64,000 bases of DNA from Lobosporangium transversale (taxonomy: Eukaryota). The stretch lies in assembly GCF_002105155.1 (NCBI RefSeq), contig NW_019029020.1, positions 248,001 through 312,000 of the forward strand, in the 5' to 3' direction. Of this stretch, positions 1-13,682 are shown one piece after another (position 1 is the stretch's first letter; the number at the start of each line of letters is the position of its first letter). The position numbers were made by a program, and so were the translations under genes. Under the pieces are notes generated by a model, which did not search any database, was not told the DNA's origin, and worked only from the letters and a program-made list of their open reading frames with translations.

Positions 1-1
1 A

Positions 2-1399
2 ATGTCTTCGTCCAAAAAGGCTGTCGGCTGCAGTACGGATGCAGAATTCTCCATTATTCGCTGGAGGCAGCCCATCAGGAGTACCGAGCACACCAATGAC
101 TTAAGCAGTGGTGTCAAGCTAGAGATGGAAGGCAACGTGTACAGTAACGGTAGAGACGCTGGCCGTCTCTCGAATAATGAAATGAATAATCAATCCTCCA
201 ATGACAACACACATGAACCCCCATCAAATCAAGGAACTAACCCAGACTCTAACAACGGCAGCTTGGAGAAACTTGCGCCTGAAGAAGGAGAGGATGATAT
301 AGAAGTTCCAGAAGAGGAAGAGGAAGTGGAGCCTCTGGTTCCTTTCCATGAGACGTTGGATCAAGACGACGGCGTTAAATACGTCACTTATCTCCCTTAT
401 GCTGGCATCACCAACCAATTTTATGGCATGCTCCGTGGTATGGAGGTCGCTAAGGCCTTGGGTAGAACGTTGATTATTCCGCCAATTACAGCATCCTCTC
501 ATGACAAGTCAAAGCAGAATCAGCCGTGGTCCAAGTTCCTTGATCTTGAGCGGTTTCAGGAGCTTACAGGGGCTAAAGTGATTGAGTTTCATAAACTCCG
601 CGATGCAGAACAGACAAAGTATAATGAGATGGAATGCAAAATCACCTGTGGTTTTGGTTCGAAGCGCACAATTGATTTCACGGCTAAAGGCTTTTTAAAG
701 CAGTGGAGCCTTAATGTCACTTTGACTCCACTCTCAATTGACGCCAACAAACTAGACACGATCACTCGGATTCTGGGAGCTTATCGCGATGACAAGTTTA
801 TTTGTATTTCCAACACCTACAAAATCAGTGTTGCTGACAAATCAGAGTGGGATCGCTTTGGTCAGCACTTGCACTTCACTAAGGAGCTAGAGGACTTTGT
901 ACAAAATTTCTTGGACACACATTTGGTCAAGCCTGAGCCTGTGTATGATCCAAAATCAAGGCAGGAGATTGTACCGACCCAAAAGTATATTGCAATCCAT
1001 ATACGTCGCGGAGATTTCGCTCAGTACTGCCGCGACAATTTTGCAGGGCCCAAGATGGTTCATTGCTTCCCAACAACCGAGGAGATTGCTCAGCGTGTAG
1101 ACAAGATTCAGTCCAAATATAGCTCTACTGGATCATTGACGAACGTCATGCCTGTCTTCGTAGCAACGAATGAACGCCGACCCGAGGAATTGAAGAAGTT
1201 TGCAGATCTGGGTTGGACATACTTGGATCATGATCAGATGGGTACAGCTGAGAAATTGGGTGTCTTTGGTCCTATGATGGTTGATCAGGTCTTTATGGCG
1301 CATGCACAAGCATTGATTGGTATTCAAATGAGTACGTTTTCAAGAGTAGGAGCCTTACGACAGCGCGACTGGCACAATCGACAGGTCGAATATATGTAA
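2..1399 (+). CDS. GDP-fucose protein O-fucosyltransferase family (GT-B) protein; probably 5'-truncated by the window edge
   Basis: 465-aa ORF with motifs GITNQ, ALGRTLIIPP, IAIHIRRGDF, VFVATNE and STFS, typical of O-FucT family proteins. No N-terminal TM segment is visible. Confidence 0.75.
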   Translation: MSSSKKAVGCSTDAEFSIIRWRQPIRSTEHTNDLSSGVKLEMEGNVYSNGRDAGRLSNNEMNNQSSNDNTHEPPSNQGTNPDSNNGSLEKLAPEEGEDDIEVPEEEEEVEPLVPFHETLDQDDGVKYVTYLPYAGITNQFYGMLRGMEVAKALGRTLIIPPITASSHDKSKQNQPWSKFLDLERFQELTGAKVIEFHKLRDAEQTKYNEMECKITCGFGSKRTIDFTAKGFLKQWSLNVTLTPLSIDANKLDTITRILGAYRDDKFICISNTYKISVADKSEWDRFGQHLHFTKELEDFVQNFLDTHLVKPEPVYDPKSRQEIVPTQKYIAIHIRRGDFAQYCRDNFAGPKMVHCFPTTEEIAQRVDKIQSKYSSTGSLTNVMPVFVATNERRPEELKKFADLGWTYLDHDQMGTAEKLGVFGPMMVDQVFMAHAQALIGIQMSTFSRVGALRQRDWHNRQVEYM

Positions 1400-1765
1400 C
1401 TAGAAAAAAAAAAAAAAAAAGCCTCATTTATTTTACCCTCCGCCTTTTATTCTATTTTATCTACTTTCATACTTAAAAAAGCAACCATGTCAACTTTTGC
1501 TCTTAAAGGATAATGTAATAAATGTATACCATTTAAACAGAAGCAAATACTAGAAACATAGCATTAAAATTAAAGAAAACTAAATGCAGTTTGGGTACAA
1601 TTACATCGACTTTTACATGGCGCCCTGCTGCGGGCACTGGAGTTATTGGACATGGAGGCCCTTAACTATCTTCCAGGAATGAGTTAGAAATACAAAAAGA
1701 TATAAATGTATAGCTTTCTTCTCTCTTTTTCTTTCTCTTTCTCTTTCTCTTTCTCTTTCTCTCTC

Positions 1766-1797
<32 letters not shown>

Positions 1798-1830
1798 GTT
1801 AACCGAACTCACTTTATCCCACAATAAGCG

Positions 1831-3360
1831 ATGTCTAACCAGACCAATACTACCAATGTCCCAGCGGCTCCCACGAATGCAAAGGCACCAAAGTGCCCTT
1901 TGCCTTATCGCCACGAAGACTTGATCCTCATCCATGCTACCGTTCCAGAGGTCATTCAACGGACCTGGACTAATAATATGGAGGAATGGGCTAAAGGTGT
2001 CCCAATGTCACAGTATCATGCTCGTGAACGACATCTCGCCAGCACTGCGTTCTCAAGCGATAATCGGCTGAAGACCTGGGTCCTAGTTCCCAAACCGGAT
2101 ACGGAGGTGACGACCGAGTATAAAGAATGGGCTGCGACTGAAGACCCTGAAAAGGGTGTTCGAGGTGGATTTGATCCTCAGGATGTGTCAGAAGCTAATT
2201 TGGATCGCATCATGGCTGCAGTTGAGACATATGAACGCCCAGGCATTATGGCAACTGTTGGTGAGACTGAAGATGGAGTGCTGAGGGATGTTAATTCTGT
2301 GAGTGTAGCTTCTGTGTATGGACCATCAAAGTTCCGCAATCATGGATATGGCAAGCTCATGATGAAGTAAGTTATCGAGTTGTCAGCGTATAGAGAGAGC
2401 AACAGAAACTGTATAGTATTAGGTGCAAAAGTAGAAGTGGAAAGATGAAAAGGCTTGTGAAATAGGAAAAGGCGATCAATGCTTTTCAAATATGGCAATC
2501 ATCCCGGTTTCTATCTGTTTAAGCTTGCAGACTGAACGCCCACTGGTTTTTTTTTTTTTTTTTTTTTTTATGTACCACATAGGCTCCTCTGGAAGAAAAT
2601 TGAGAATATGGGCGCAGGTTTCTCGTTCCTGTACTCGGATCTTGGCAAGCAGTTCTATACCAACTTTGGTTGGACAGCTCGCCTCTCCTCAGAGATTGTT
2701 ATCCCGCCTTCATTAACACTTCCAGAGTCTGCCCCCGCCTCTCAGTCTCAGGTAGCGCTTGAGCCTATTGTAACTGAGGAAGAGCTCCTTCCATTCACCG
2801 AAAATGACACCCGTCTGCTGCGCCAGACTCTCAAGGAAAAAGTCCAACAGAAGCAGAAAGAGATTGAACAAAATACCTCCAATGGCAATACAACGTTTGT
2901 GGCCATCCTCCCGGAAATTCGCTGTATCGAGTGGCTTCATGCACGTGCATGGTTTTATGCGAAGGAGATCAGGAAGTTTGAAGAGAAGAATCCTAAAATT
3001 TCAATCAACAAAGAATTGACATATGGTATCCATGTCTCTGGTAAAAACGATCAGTTCGTGTTATGGCATCATGATTTCACAGACGATAATTTGTTTATCC
3101 TACGCTGGCGCATTGATGGTGCGTCCAGCAAAGAAGAGTCAGATGCGATTGCTCTAGCATTTGTTGCAGCGGCTCAGAAGGAGGCCAAAAAGTGGAACAT
3201 TTCCAAGATTGTTTACTGGAACGGAGATGTTGCTCTAGCAGAACTGCTGGGTCTAGAAGTCCAGCATCGTAATCACTCGATCTGTAGCTTAGGTTTGGTT
3301 AATTCTGATCAGGACGAATCGAGCATTGAATGGATTTTGAACGAGAAGTATTCCTGGTAA
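1831..3360 (+). CDS. GNAT-fold acetyltransferase, LYC1-like; exons 1831-2366 and 2583-3360
   Basis: A GTAAGT...CATAG intron joins the ORFs in frame (..GKLMMK-LLWKKIENMG..). Acetyl-CoA motif VASVY..FRNHGYG and LYSDLG..FY..FGW. Confidence 0.75.
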
Positions 3361-3731
3361 GATTTAGTTTTTTTGCTACTGTGCTTTTTCAGATAGCCTT
3401 CCGCTCTCTTAGATAAATCCCTTGAGTCTGTTGCTGAATGAATACTTCACTCCTTTACCTCTGCATAGGTGTTGAAATGGGTCCAAAGCCATACGACTGC
3501 TTTTTTTTTAGTGATACTATGATCCTGAAGAAATAATAATTGTTGAGACTAGGAAAAGAATAAACTATTAAATCAGTCGCGTTTTATTTCAAATTAAGCA
3601 TTGAAGCAATATGATGCACGGAATAGATGAGTTAAAAAAAAAAAAAAAAAAAAAAAAAGTAAGTGATCAAAGTTGGCTAGTTTCAACTACTTTTTTTTTT
3701 TTTTTTTCTGTTTCTATATACTTCATTAGCT

Positions 3732-5184
<1,453 letters not shown>

Positions 5185-6986
5185 GATGATGGTTGTGCTG
5201 CTGAAAAGTGTGAGTAATTTGGTATATGTCTGGGATATAATATGCGGAAAGTGAAGTGCAGAAGATAGAAGACGGAATAAAATGGGATAAAAGGAAAGAA
5301 GAAGAAAAAAAAAAAAAAAAAAAAAAAAAGTAGTGGAGGCGAGTAATAAAAAACTGTATGACGGCAAAGCAAGGGGGGATAGAGAACAGAGAAACATGCC
5401 TTTCTTGCTCGCTCGGTATGACGGGATCCCGTACTATAGCCATGAATGGACGGAAACAGGAATTTTTTTAACTCCCATACATCTCTCTCTTAATCTGCTA
5501 ATCTTTTTTCAAACTTCACCTCCTTTCTGAAAGACACTCATACGCATGGAATATCCATGCCTGTGGAACCATCAACTGTTTTCGTTATTTGCACGCGTCC
5601 TCAGTTATGCTGTGCCTGTATTGTTGTTTGCAAAAGCATGAACCCCATTTCATTCAAATACAATACTTCATGAGTTATTTGGAGCGCATAATTTCACAGG
5701 ATATTTACAATGCCCTTTTTAAAACGTAGAAACTTGATAGAACATGGCTGTGGGTATCTAAATGCTAAAGTCTAGTCTGAAAACTTTGGGATGATTGATG
5801 AAGCGAAAGAACAGTTGCAACCGAGTGGCGTAAAATAAATAAAAATCACGTTCCAAGAGACAATGGGAATGGACCGCCCGCCACCAATTTTACTCAGGAC
5901 AGACAGGAATATCACACGGCATACAATAACATGTGCTCATTTGATCAACCCCTTTTAAATATTTTCAGGTCCCTTTCATACAATTGACATAGGATTTTGT
6001 CTTCAACCACTTTTACCTTCATCTCCACACCACATCCTTCTTCCCCGGCCTAAAGAATCCCGCAAAGCGGATTCAAGGTTTTAAGCGCATGTGCGTTTGT
6101 ATTTGTTAATAATATTTGTGTGCACAGAATAATATTCGGATCATTTCCTTGAAAAATATTTACAGATCCTCTTGAATATAGTAGAGAGAAAAATATATGC
6201 ATGGTTAGTTCAAGAGTTGCAAACAGATAAGCTCCTACTGTGGTATTTGGTAGCTGATCAAATGTGGTTTCTTTTTTTTTTTTTTTTTTTTTTTTTTGAA
6301 AACCCATGGCGTTATTGTCGGTATAAAAAAAAAGCTAAGGTGGAGAGTAACAAAAACAAGGGAAATTTTACTTCGACGCATTCGACCTTTGCAGAACCTT
6401 CGGCACTGTTAGTCAACGCTATCCCTATTCATTTCTCGCTTTTGTTCCTCTGCACCTCATTGCCGATCTGGGAGAAGGAGAAAATAAGAAGGGCGGATGA
6501 ATGTGTCAAACGGAAAACAAACCATTAGCATTGAATACGCCATAAAATTACAGTGAGCATGAGGATGCATTGCATCCCTTTGTAGTGTGAATAGCGTCCG
6601 TTGCCTTTACCCAACATGTAAAACCCATTTTGGCGCTTTTTTTCGTCTGTCTTTATCTGTGGAAGATGTGGTCAGGCCATACTAGGCCTTTGATGTATTG
6701 TTTTGGATGCATGCATACATTTACGCGCCTATTTTTTTTTCCTTCTCTCTTGCAATCTTTCTATTTTCACGACCAAACACACCAAAAAAAAAAAAAAAAA
6801 AAAAAAAACGGAGTATGATGTGAATATCATGCAAAAAACCACGATTACATCCACATCTGTTTATGTATTTCAAATGTCGCAAAAACAATCGATTTTCCAG
6901 CTCTGGTTACCGATCCTCCCGACATCTCTGTGATGAATGAAATGATCATTGGTCATACGTGCTTTTGTCTGTGTGTTTGTGCGTAT

Positions 6987-7020
<34 letters not shown>

Positions 7021-8452
7021 TCTGCCAACTTTAACATGTATTAAACCTCTTGTTTTCATAAGACCTGAACGCCATTTTACTGTGAACTTTGGGCTCCGGT
7101 CATTTTGAAGTGGGGAGATGGTACTACGGATAATTTGCTTTTTTTTTTTTTTTTTTTTTGGAGCCTCCTGCAACAGATTTCGTCGAGACGCAATGAAGAA
7201 TGAGCAGAAATCTCAGAATGAGAATTAGAATCCACATGGCGGAATTACCATTCTGTCCTACATCTATGCTTGCTGTGTGTATAGTTTATTTGTGGGTGTT
7301 AACATCTCAAAATACCCCCTTGTTTGTTCATCCTGAGTCCCTGCTTTGTACGTCCACCCTTTTTTGTCTTGCAATAACCATTCATAACTCTAAATGTCTC
7401 TCATCAGACGCGTATGCTCACAGTAGAAAGTAATATGTGTTTGCACGCTTGTTACATTTGGACTTTGACAAACATAAAAGCATGCATCGCTGAATCAATA
7501 AACAAAAATACTGGCGCTTAAGAAAATGGAATATAAAAAGCACAGGTTCTGTTCGCGTCATGAAGCATTTAATAACCTTCCATGCAACTCAAGATGGAAT
7601 ACAAAGTACGATTCCTCCTAAACATCTTGCCTACATTACATGCATTACACACTTGTCAAATATAACAAATACACACCTTAAAAAATAAAAACCACCTCCC
7701 TGTTTCGATTGATCCCTGCTATGTCTTTTTCACAAACTTGTCTAATTTTTTTTTTGTTTTTTGTGCGTGTGTCTGTGTGTTGTCTTCATCCTTGATTTGA
7801 TTCGACATTTGCTTAATAACTCCTGTGTGTCCATTACCGCCACCGCACCACATTGCTCTTGTTGCTCTCGCTACTTCCCTATACCTGCGTCTTTATTGAC
7901 AATCTATCCCTTCCCTACCCTTCTCTTGCCTTTGTCCTTCCTTTCCTCCTTTTCTCTTTCTCTCATTCTTACTTTCTGTGCACAAGTGCAGAGAAGCCCA
8001 CTGCATGCATGCAGTAACACCACCTGCTTGCATCCACTCTGTCCGCAATCCTATTACTACTTCTGCGACTGTTTCATCATTGTGTTTTCTTCAATTTTGC
8101 TTGATTTACTTCTTTATCCCTACCCATCCTCCTATTTTCGCCCATTGTTCATTCTTTTTTACCCCTCACTCTCTCGCGCATCCTCTTTTCTCTTTTCCTT
8201 TTTTTATATTTTTTAATTTTTATTTGTTCACCTCACTCGTCCTCATCTCTTTTTCCCTATCGTTCTCATTCTTCTAGTCATCAGGGTAACATCTATAATA
8301 CACTATTCTTAGCCAAATAACTGTTAAAACAACCATCGCCTCGTACCCCATCTTTCCTCTTCTAGTCTCTCTTTTTTTTTCTTTTGTTTACTGCATCTCA
8401 TTTTCATTAAACTTCATCCAAAGCACACATCGGTCGCCCCTTCCTAAGCATC

Positions 8453-10284
8453 ATGTCAGTAACACCAAAGCCAAAACCGAAACTTTCGTACAAAGCACAA
8501 AGTTATCCATCTATCGATAAGCCTTTTGAGTGCACGGTAAATCACCATTTACACCAATGAGTCTTATTAGCAAACCCTTGTCTCGCGGCGTGATAGTTTA
8601 CTCATCTTTTTTTGCTTCTCTCCCTCGCGACTTTACATTCATTCGCAATATATGGATCCTTGGTCTACGTAGGCCTGCCAGTTGTATTTTAGGCGTCTTC
8701 ATGATCTGAAACGCCATGAGCGTCTGCATACTGGTGAAAGGCCGTATTGCTGTAACAATGTAAGTCTTTTCTATTCCCAGTTTGCTGTTGTTGAATAAAA
8801 GAAAGAAACAAATAAAAAAAGTCTGCTCATCATTGTGTATTTACTTGCTCAAAAAAAAAAAAAAAAAAAAGTGCCGTAGGACTTTTGCTCGGCTTGACGC
8901 GCTCAAACGACATCTGAGTGCAGAATCCAACGTCCATTGCTCAGAATGGACTTACCAACCGGGGCTTATATCTACTGTCAGCAGGCCTGCAGCGCGACAT
9001 CATAGGAGTGTCTCACTCCCACATGTGCAGGGATCAGACGTTCAGACCGCCTTTCATGACCAGTTTGATAGTGTGGAACGAACACTCACCACACCTACTC
9101 TTAAGGACCGTCCACCGTCTCATTATCATTACCACCACCATGAGCACTCTTCGCCCGAGTCAACTATCCATGGCCACCATCCTGAGGACAAGCCTAATGA
9201 TTATTATCAGGAAAATGCTACTCCTCACGCCTTCGCTGTTACTGAAGAGCAACGCCGTCAATGCCTATCAGTGTGGGAAATTCACTCAAAAAGATCATCT
9301 CCGGAGCATGGCGGACGACTATCGCCCTCAGACGCGACCATTGACGAAGATACAACAGTGATTGATCAGCCCAGACCGCGCGCACATACTTCCTCATTCG
9401 ACTCAATGCAGCTCTCGTCCGCACATCAGCCGTATCCACACGCTTATTCCCGCCAGCATACACGTTCATATTCACATCAACAAAATTCATACTTAGATCC
9501 ACACCCTCAACACCCCCTCTCCCTCTTTGATAGATCACAACCTCAACAGCGTCACGAGAGCTACCCTGTCTCTCCTTCCAGATCAACTCTCTCTCCATCC
9601 CCTCCTCCAGGACTATCACCATCAATGTCTGCATCGTCTTTGTCCAGTCCCACAAATGTATGGTCATATTCAAGAGGCTATGATGGCAATGAAACGACTG
9701 CGCCCAAAAGAATAGGCAGTAATGCCTTCAGCCATTATGATAGTCGTTCACAATTCAAGTCAGAGCCCACATCGATCTCAGCACGGATGAGCAGTAGCGC
9801 TTATCGGGAGCCTTCGCCATACCAAGAGGATGATACCAGTCAGGGGTGTCGTTCACCACGGGAGCTCGAGCATCGTCAAGGTCCGTCTTCGTTAGCCTTA
9901 ATTTTGAACAATCCACCCGTCAGTAATTTTACTATTACTGCTAATCAGGCCTCTTCTCCGCCTCCCGTCCCAGCATTATCATCGCGGCCAGTGCAGCCTC
10001 ACTCTTCACACTCGCAATCTCACCCATATTCGCTTCCACAACAGCCACAGCAGCCTCACCATCGCTATGTCCAACAATGTTCATCTCAACAGGAGCATGA
10101 ACACAGTTGTGATGCGATGGCTGAGATCCAAAAATTGCGCCAGGAACTTCGCTTGGTGACTATGCGATGTCATTCACTTGAAAAGGAAAGAACTCGCCAG
10201 ACGAATATTAACGGTATTAGCGGCAATAGCACTGGAATGAATGGTGGCGACAGCCGAGATGATAGATCGGTTATGTCTGTTTGA
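8453..10284 (+). CDS. C2H2 zinc-finger transcription factor; exons 8453-8536, 8673-8759, 8872-10284
   Basis: Splicing restores KPFECTACQLYFRRLHDLKRHERLH-TGERPY-CCNNCRRTFARLDALKRH. This is followed by a long S/P/H/Q-rich region and a short C-terminal coiled coil. Confidence 0.9.
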
Positions 10285-10658
10285 AATAGGTATTTTAGCA
10301 CTAAATCAAAAGGAATAAAATGAAAATAGAGAGCACTCAACTTGATTGCGCGTCGCGCTCAAATAATTCCTCTTTTAATTATTACTTTGTTTGATGGGAT
10401 TGGAGCAATTGGGCAATTGGACAATCCCAAGCATGAGAGTGTGATAAGCAAGTGTTCTCTTCTTTCTTTTCTTCTGTTCCTGTTTCTTTATCTCTTTTTT
10501 TTCTTTTTATTTTTGTTTTTGCTTCTCATATCTCCTCATCACTTATTTCTCATTATTGTTGTCGATCCCTTACCCCTTCTTACCCCCTCTCTCCCTTCCT
10601 CCTTATCCCTTAGTTCACGCTTTTCATTTCTTTCATCCACCTGCAGCCAGCAGCAATT

Positions 10659-11922
10659 ATGATGCTGAGAAAGTTAAACTTAATCACCATTTTATTCTGG
10701 TGCCTGAATTTCCTCAAATATATCGAAGCATCGCCTTTGAGCAAGACCAATTCGTCACTCGCACTTACCGCCAGAGACACACACCGTTTACAAGCTAGGG
10801 GCACACTCCAGAAGCGTTATGACGCCTGTGACAGTTATTACGGTACCAAGTAAGGTTAATTGTCTCTCATACTCCACCATTCTATAATTCAGGTCCAGAT
10901 TTATTCTTTTACATTTCTTCATCTCTCATCACTTTCATTCCACCCAGTTCTCAAATATTGGAGACTTTTTTTTTTTTTTTTTTTTTTTTGTTGTTGTTAA
11001 TTGAAAAGAGGACTGGAATGTAATATTCTGTGCTCAGACCTTGACAAATTCTCCTTCGCCAAACTTTAAGAAATGACATGTCTTCGCCACTGCTCACAAA
11101 AATGAATGAATGCATACTTTCATTTTATTTTTTTGTCCAACGTATAGTTTTTTTTGCTACTATACCAAATACATCCTGATCATGTTCGGTATCGGCCTCA
11201 TCGCAACCTTGACCTACTATTGGTTTTGTTGCCGCGCTATTACCTCCATAAGAACCAGCGATGATTATAGCATCAGAACTGCTACGACCACGACTATGGC
11301 CATGACTCGAGTATACCCCATTACAACCCCGAGCGACTCCCATATACTCTTAAACGAGACCATTTCCAATGTCCATAGCCCAGAGTCACGGTCAACTCGG
11401 GTGCCGCAAGTAGTAATAACATCGCATGACCAACGGCGGCCACAAAGACCACAAGGACAGCAACACTCAGTGGATCCGCCTCCTTACTTATCTGTCTCTG
11501 ATTTTACTCCTTATACTCAAGAGAGAGACACTCAAGAGGAAAGAGACATTCTAGCAGCAGCAGTAGTAGTAGTAGTAGCGGAAGCATTAGAGATAGTGGA
11601 GGCGCTAGAAACAATGGAGGCAACAGAGGCACAAGAAGCACTAGAAGCAGTGAGAGCACTAGAGGCAGCAGAAGCAGCAGAAACAGCAGAAACAGCAGAA
11701 ACAGCAGAAACATTAGAAAATGATCTTAACCTGCAGGGGAAGGCATATCAGCTATATCGGCAGAAACACAACTTTGGGCGGAAACAACAGGAGCAATTAA
11801 AGGCAACACATGATGGGGACAACACAGATTTATCGTCCAGAAGTTCATCAGCCTCAGCCTCCGCCTCTTCATCTCGAACCCTTCAGGACAAAGATATTAC
11901 CACGTTTCATCCACTAAAGTAA
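10659..11922 (+). CDS. Single-pass membrane protein with signal peptide and PPxY motif; exons 10659-10849 and 11148-11922
   Basis: Hydrophobic N-terminus and a KR site. Phase-2 GT-AG intron. TM segment ILIMFGIGLIATLTYYWF followed by CC, cytosolic DPPPY and an (AET)n repeat. Confidence 0.6.
11675..11712 (+). repeat. 9-bp tandem repeat GCAGAAACA encoding (AET)n
   Basis: About four consecutive units, preceded by degenerate units. Confidence 0.85.
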
Positions 11923-12335
11923 TAGCATAAATATTAGTAGGATTAATCTAATTGGCAACTCAGGTGCCAAATATCATTTGGCAGCTCATACTAAATGTAG
12001 TAAATTTTGCTATTATTTGGGAGTCTATTTTTTGGGGTTGCCACTTAACCTCTCACACTTGGGTAGCAACTGGGCTGCCAAATAATGAAGTTACTTGCAC
12101 AGGTTATTATTTCAGTCTTTCAATTAAAACTCGCCTCTAATTGGTGGGCTTCCTCAATAAAAATACCATTAGGTAGGAAACATGAAGAAACATTGTTTTT
12201 ATCAACTTCATCACATTCCGCAAAAAAAATAAAAAAGTACAAAACAATACACCCTTTGCCGAATCTTTTTCTTCCATCTTAATCGCATCAAAATGCCTAA
12301 ACAGCAACCAAAGTGCACTCTTTCGTCGTGTGAAT

Positions 12336-13682
12336 ATGGACATAATCACCGCCTCAGATGACAGAAGTATCCAAGACCATATTAGAAATTACCATAAAAG
12401 TTCCTATAAATGTCATGTTGGAGACGCCATTGTCAAGTATATTCGAACCAATGAAGGACTGTTTGTGTGCGAATGCCGACCGAAATGGACGTGTAAACGG
12501 GGAGATACATTGCGCTACCATGCCAACAAATGTGAGGTTATTAGAATATTGGTCGACGCCGTCGTCAGGACTTTGGAGCCTTTAGTAGATGCCCACCTAA
12601 AAATCTTAGTACCCAAAGAGCTGCGGTCCAGTAAAAAAGATAGAAAACGAAATGAGGAAGAGGCGAATGAAAAAAACAGCTATTGTGGTAACAATCACCA
12701 TCTTAGCAACAACTACTACCTTGACAACAAACCAAGCTTGATCCTACAGCAGTACAATAGGCTCGTACAACATGCCTACCCAACAAAAAGAGGATGGGTT
12801 CCAAGAAAGGGGAAAGAGGTAGTTGAAGAGGATGGCAGTTCAGAGTCAAATGAGAGTGAAGACTATAAGAGTCAGGAGGAGGAGATGAATGTTAGCTACA
12901 ACAAGGTTCACCTACAGCAGCTACCGCGCCTACAGCATTTAGAGGACAACAGTAAGACGGAAGAGACCATATTGGCAAGATTACAACAGCTCTTAGAGGA
13001 AAGGGACAAACGTTTAGAAGAAAGGGGCAAACTTTTGGAAAAACATTCAGGGGAAAAGGAAAAACGCTCGAGGAAAGGGAAAAACGCTCGAGGAAAGGGA
13101 AATGCGTGCAGAGCAAAGAGTAATTCAGATGGAAGAGGTGGTCAGAGCCATATCAAACAAGACAGCCGTCTTGGAAGACGAGATGAAGAAGAATAGCGCA
13201 GATGCCGAAAAAAAGGCGGCCGCCTGGCAAGGCAAGATTGAGAAGCTTAACGCAATTGTCGAAAGTATGTAAAGAATGTCAAAGCAAAAACAAAAGAAAA
13301 TGTAAAACAAAAAAAAAAAAAAAAAAAAAAAAAACTAATCTGGATTTAATCAATAATAGAGGAAGTGGTTCGGGTAGATCATTTGCAGGAGCTTCTGGCA
13401 TCATTATTAATGTCAAAAGCACAGCTTCCATCATCATCATCATCATCCAAGAAGCCGTACAACCCTTATCAAAAAAGGAAGATAAACGCAAGCATAAACC
13501 AATCGATTTCGACCTATTTCAAGCGTCGTAGACCAGAGAATAATAAGGACAGTAAGTTAGAGGACGATAACTCAGAGGACGGCAGCCCAGAGGATGACAG
13601 CCCAGAGAAAGACAACCCAGAGAACGGCAACCGAGAGAACAAGAAAGATAACCCAGAGAACGATAACCCAAGTTCCGAATAA
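12336..13682 (+). pseudogene. Frameshifted orphan gene: Cys/His-rich N-terminus, coiled coil, acidic repeat tail; probable intron 13265-13359
   Basis: The frame breaks at an exact 20-bp tandem duplication (13061-13100). Another frame continues LEEREMRAEQRVIQMEE. A GTATGT..TAG intron joins this to ORF 13365-13682. Confidence 0.5.

Noticed and set aside
5400..8400. Many short F-rich or K-rich ORFs, here and at 47-50 kb and 53-55 kb
   Set aside because: They are translations of poly(T)/poly(A) tracts and CT-rich UTR or promoter DNA.
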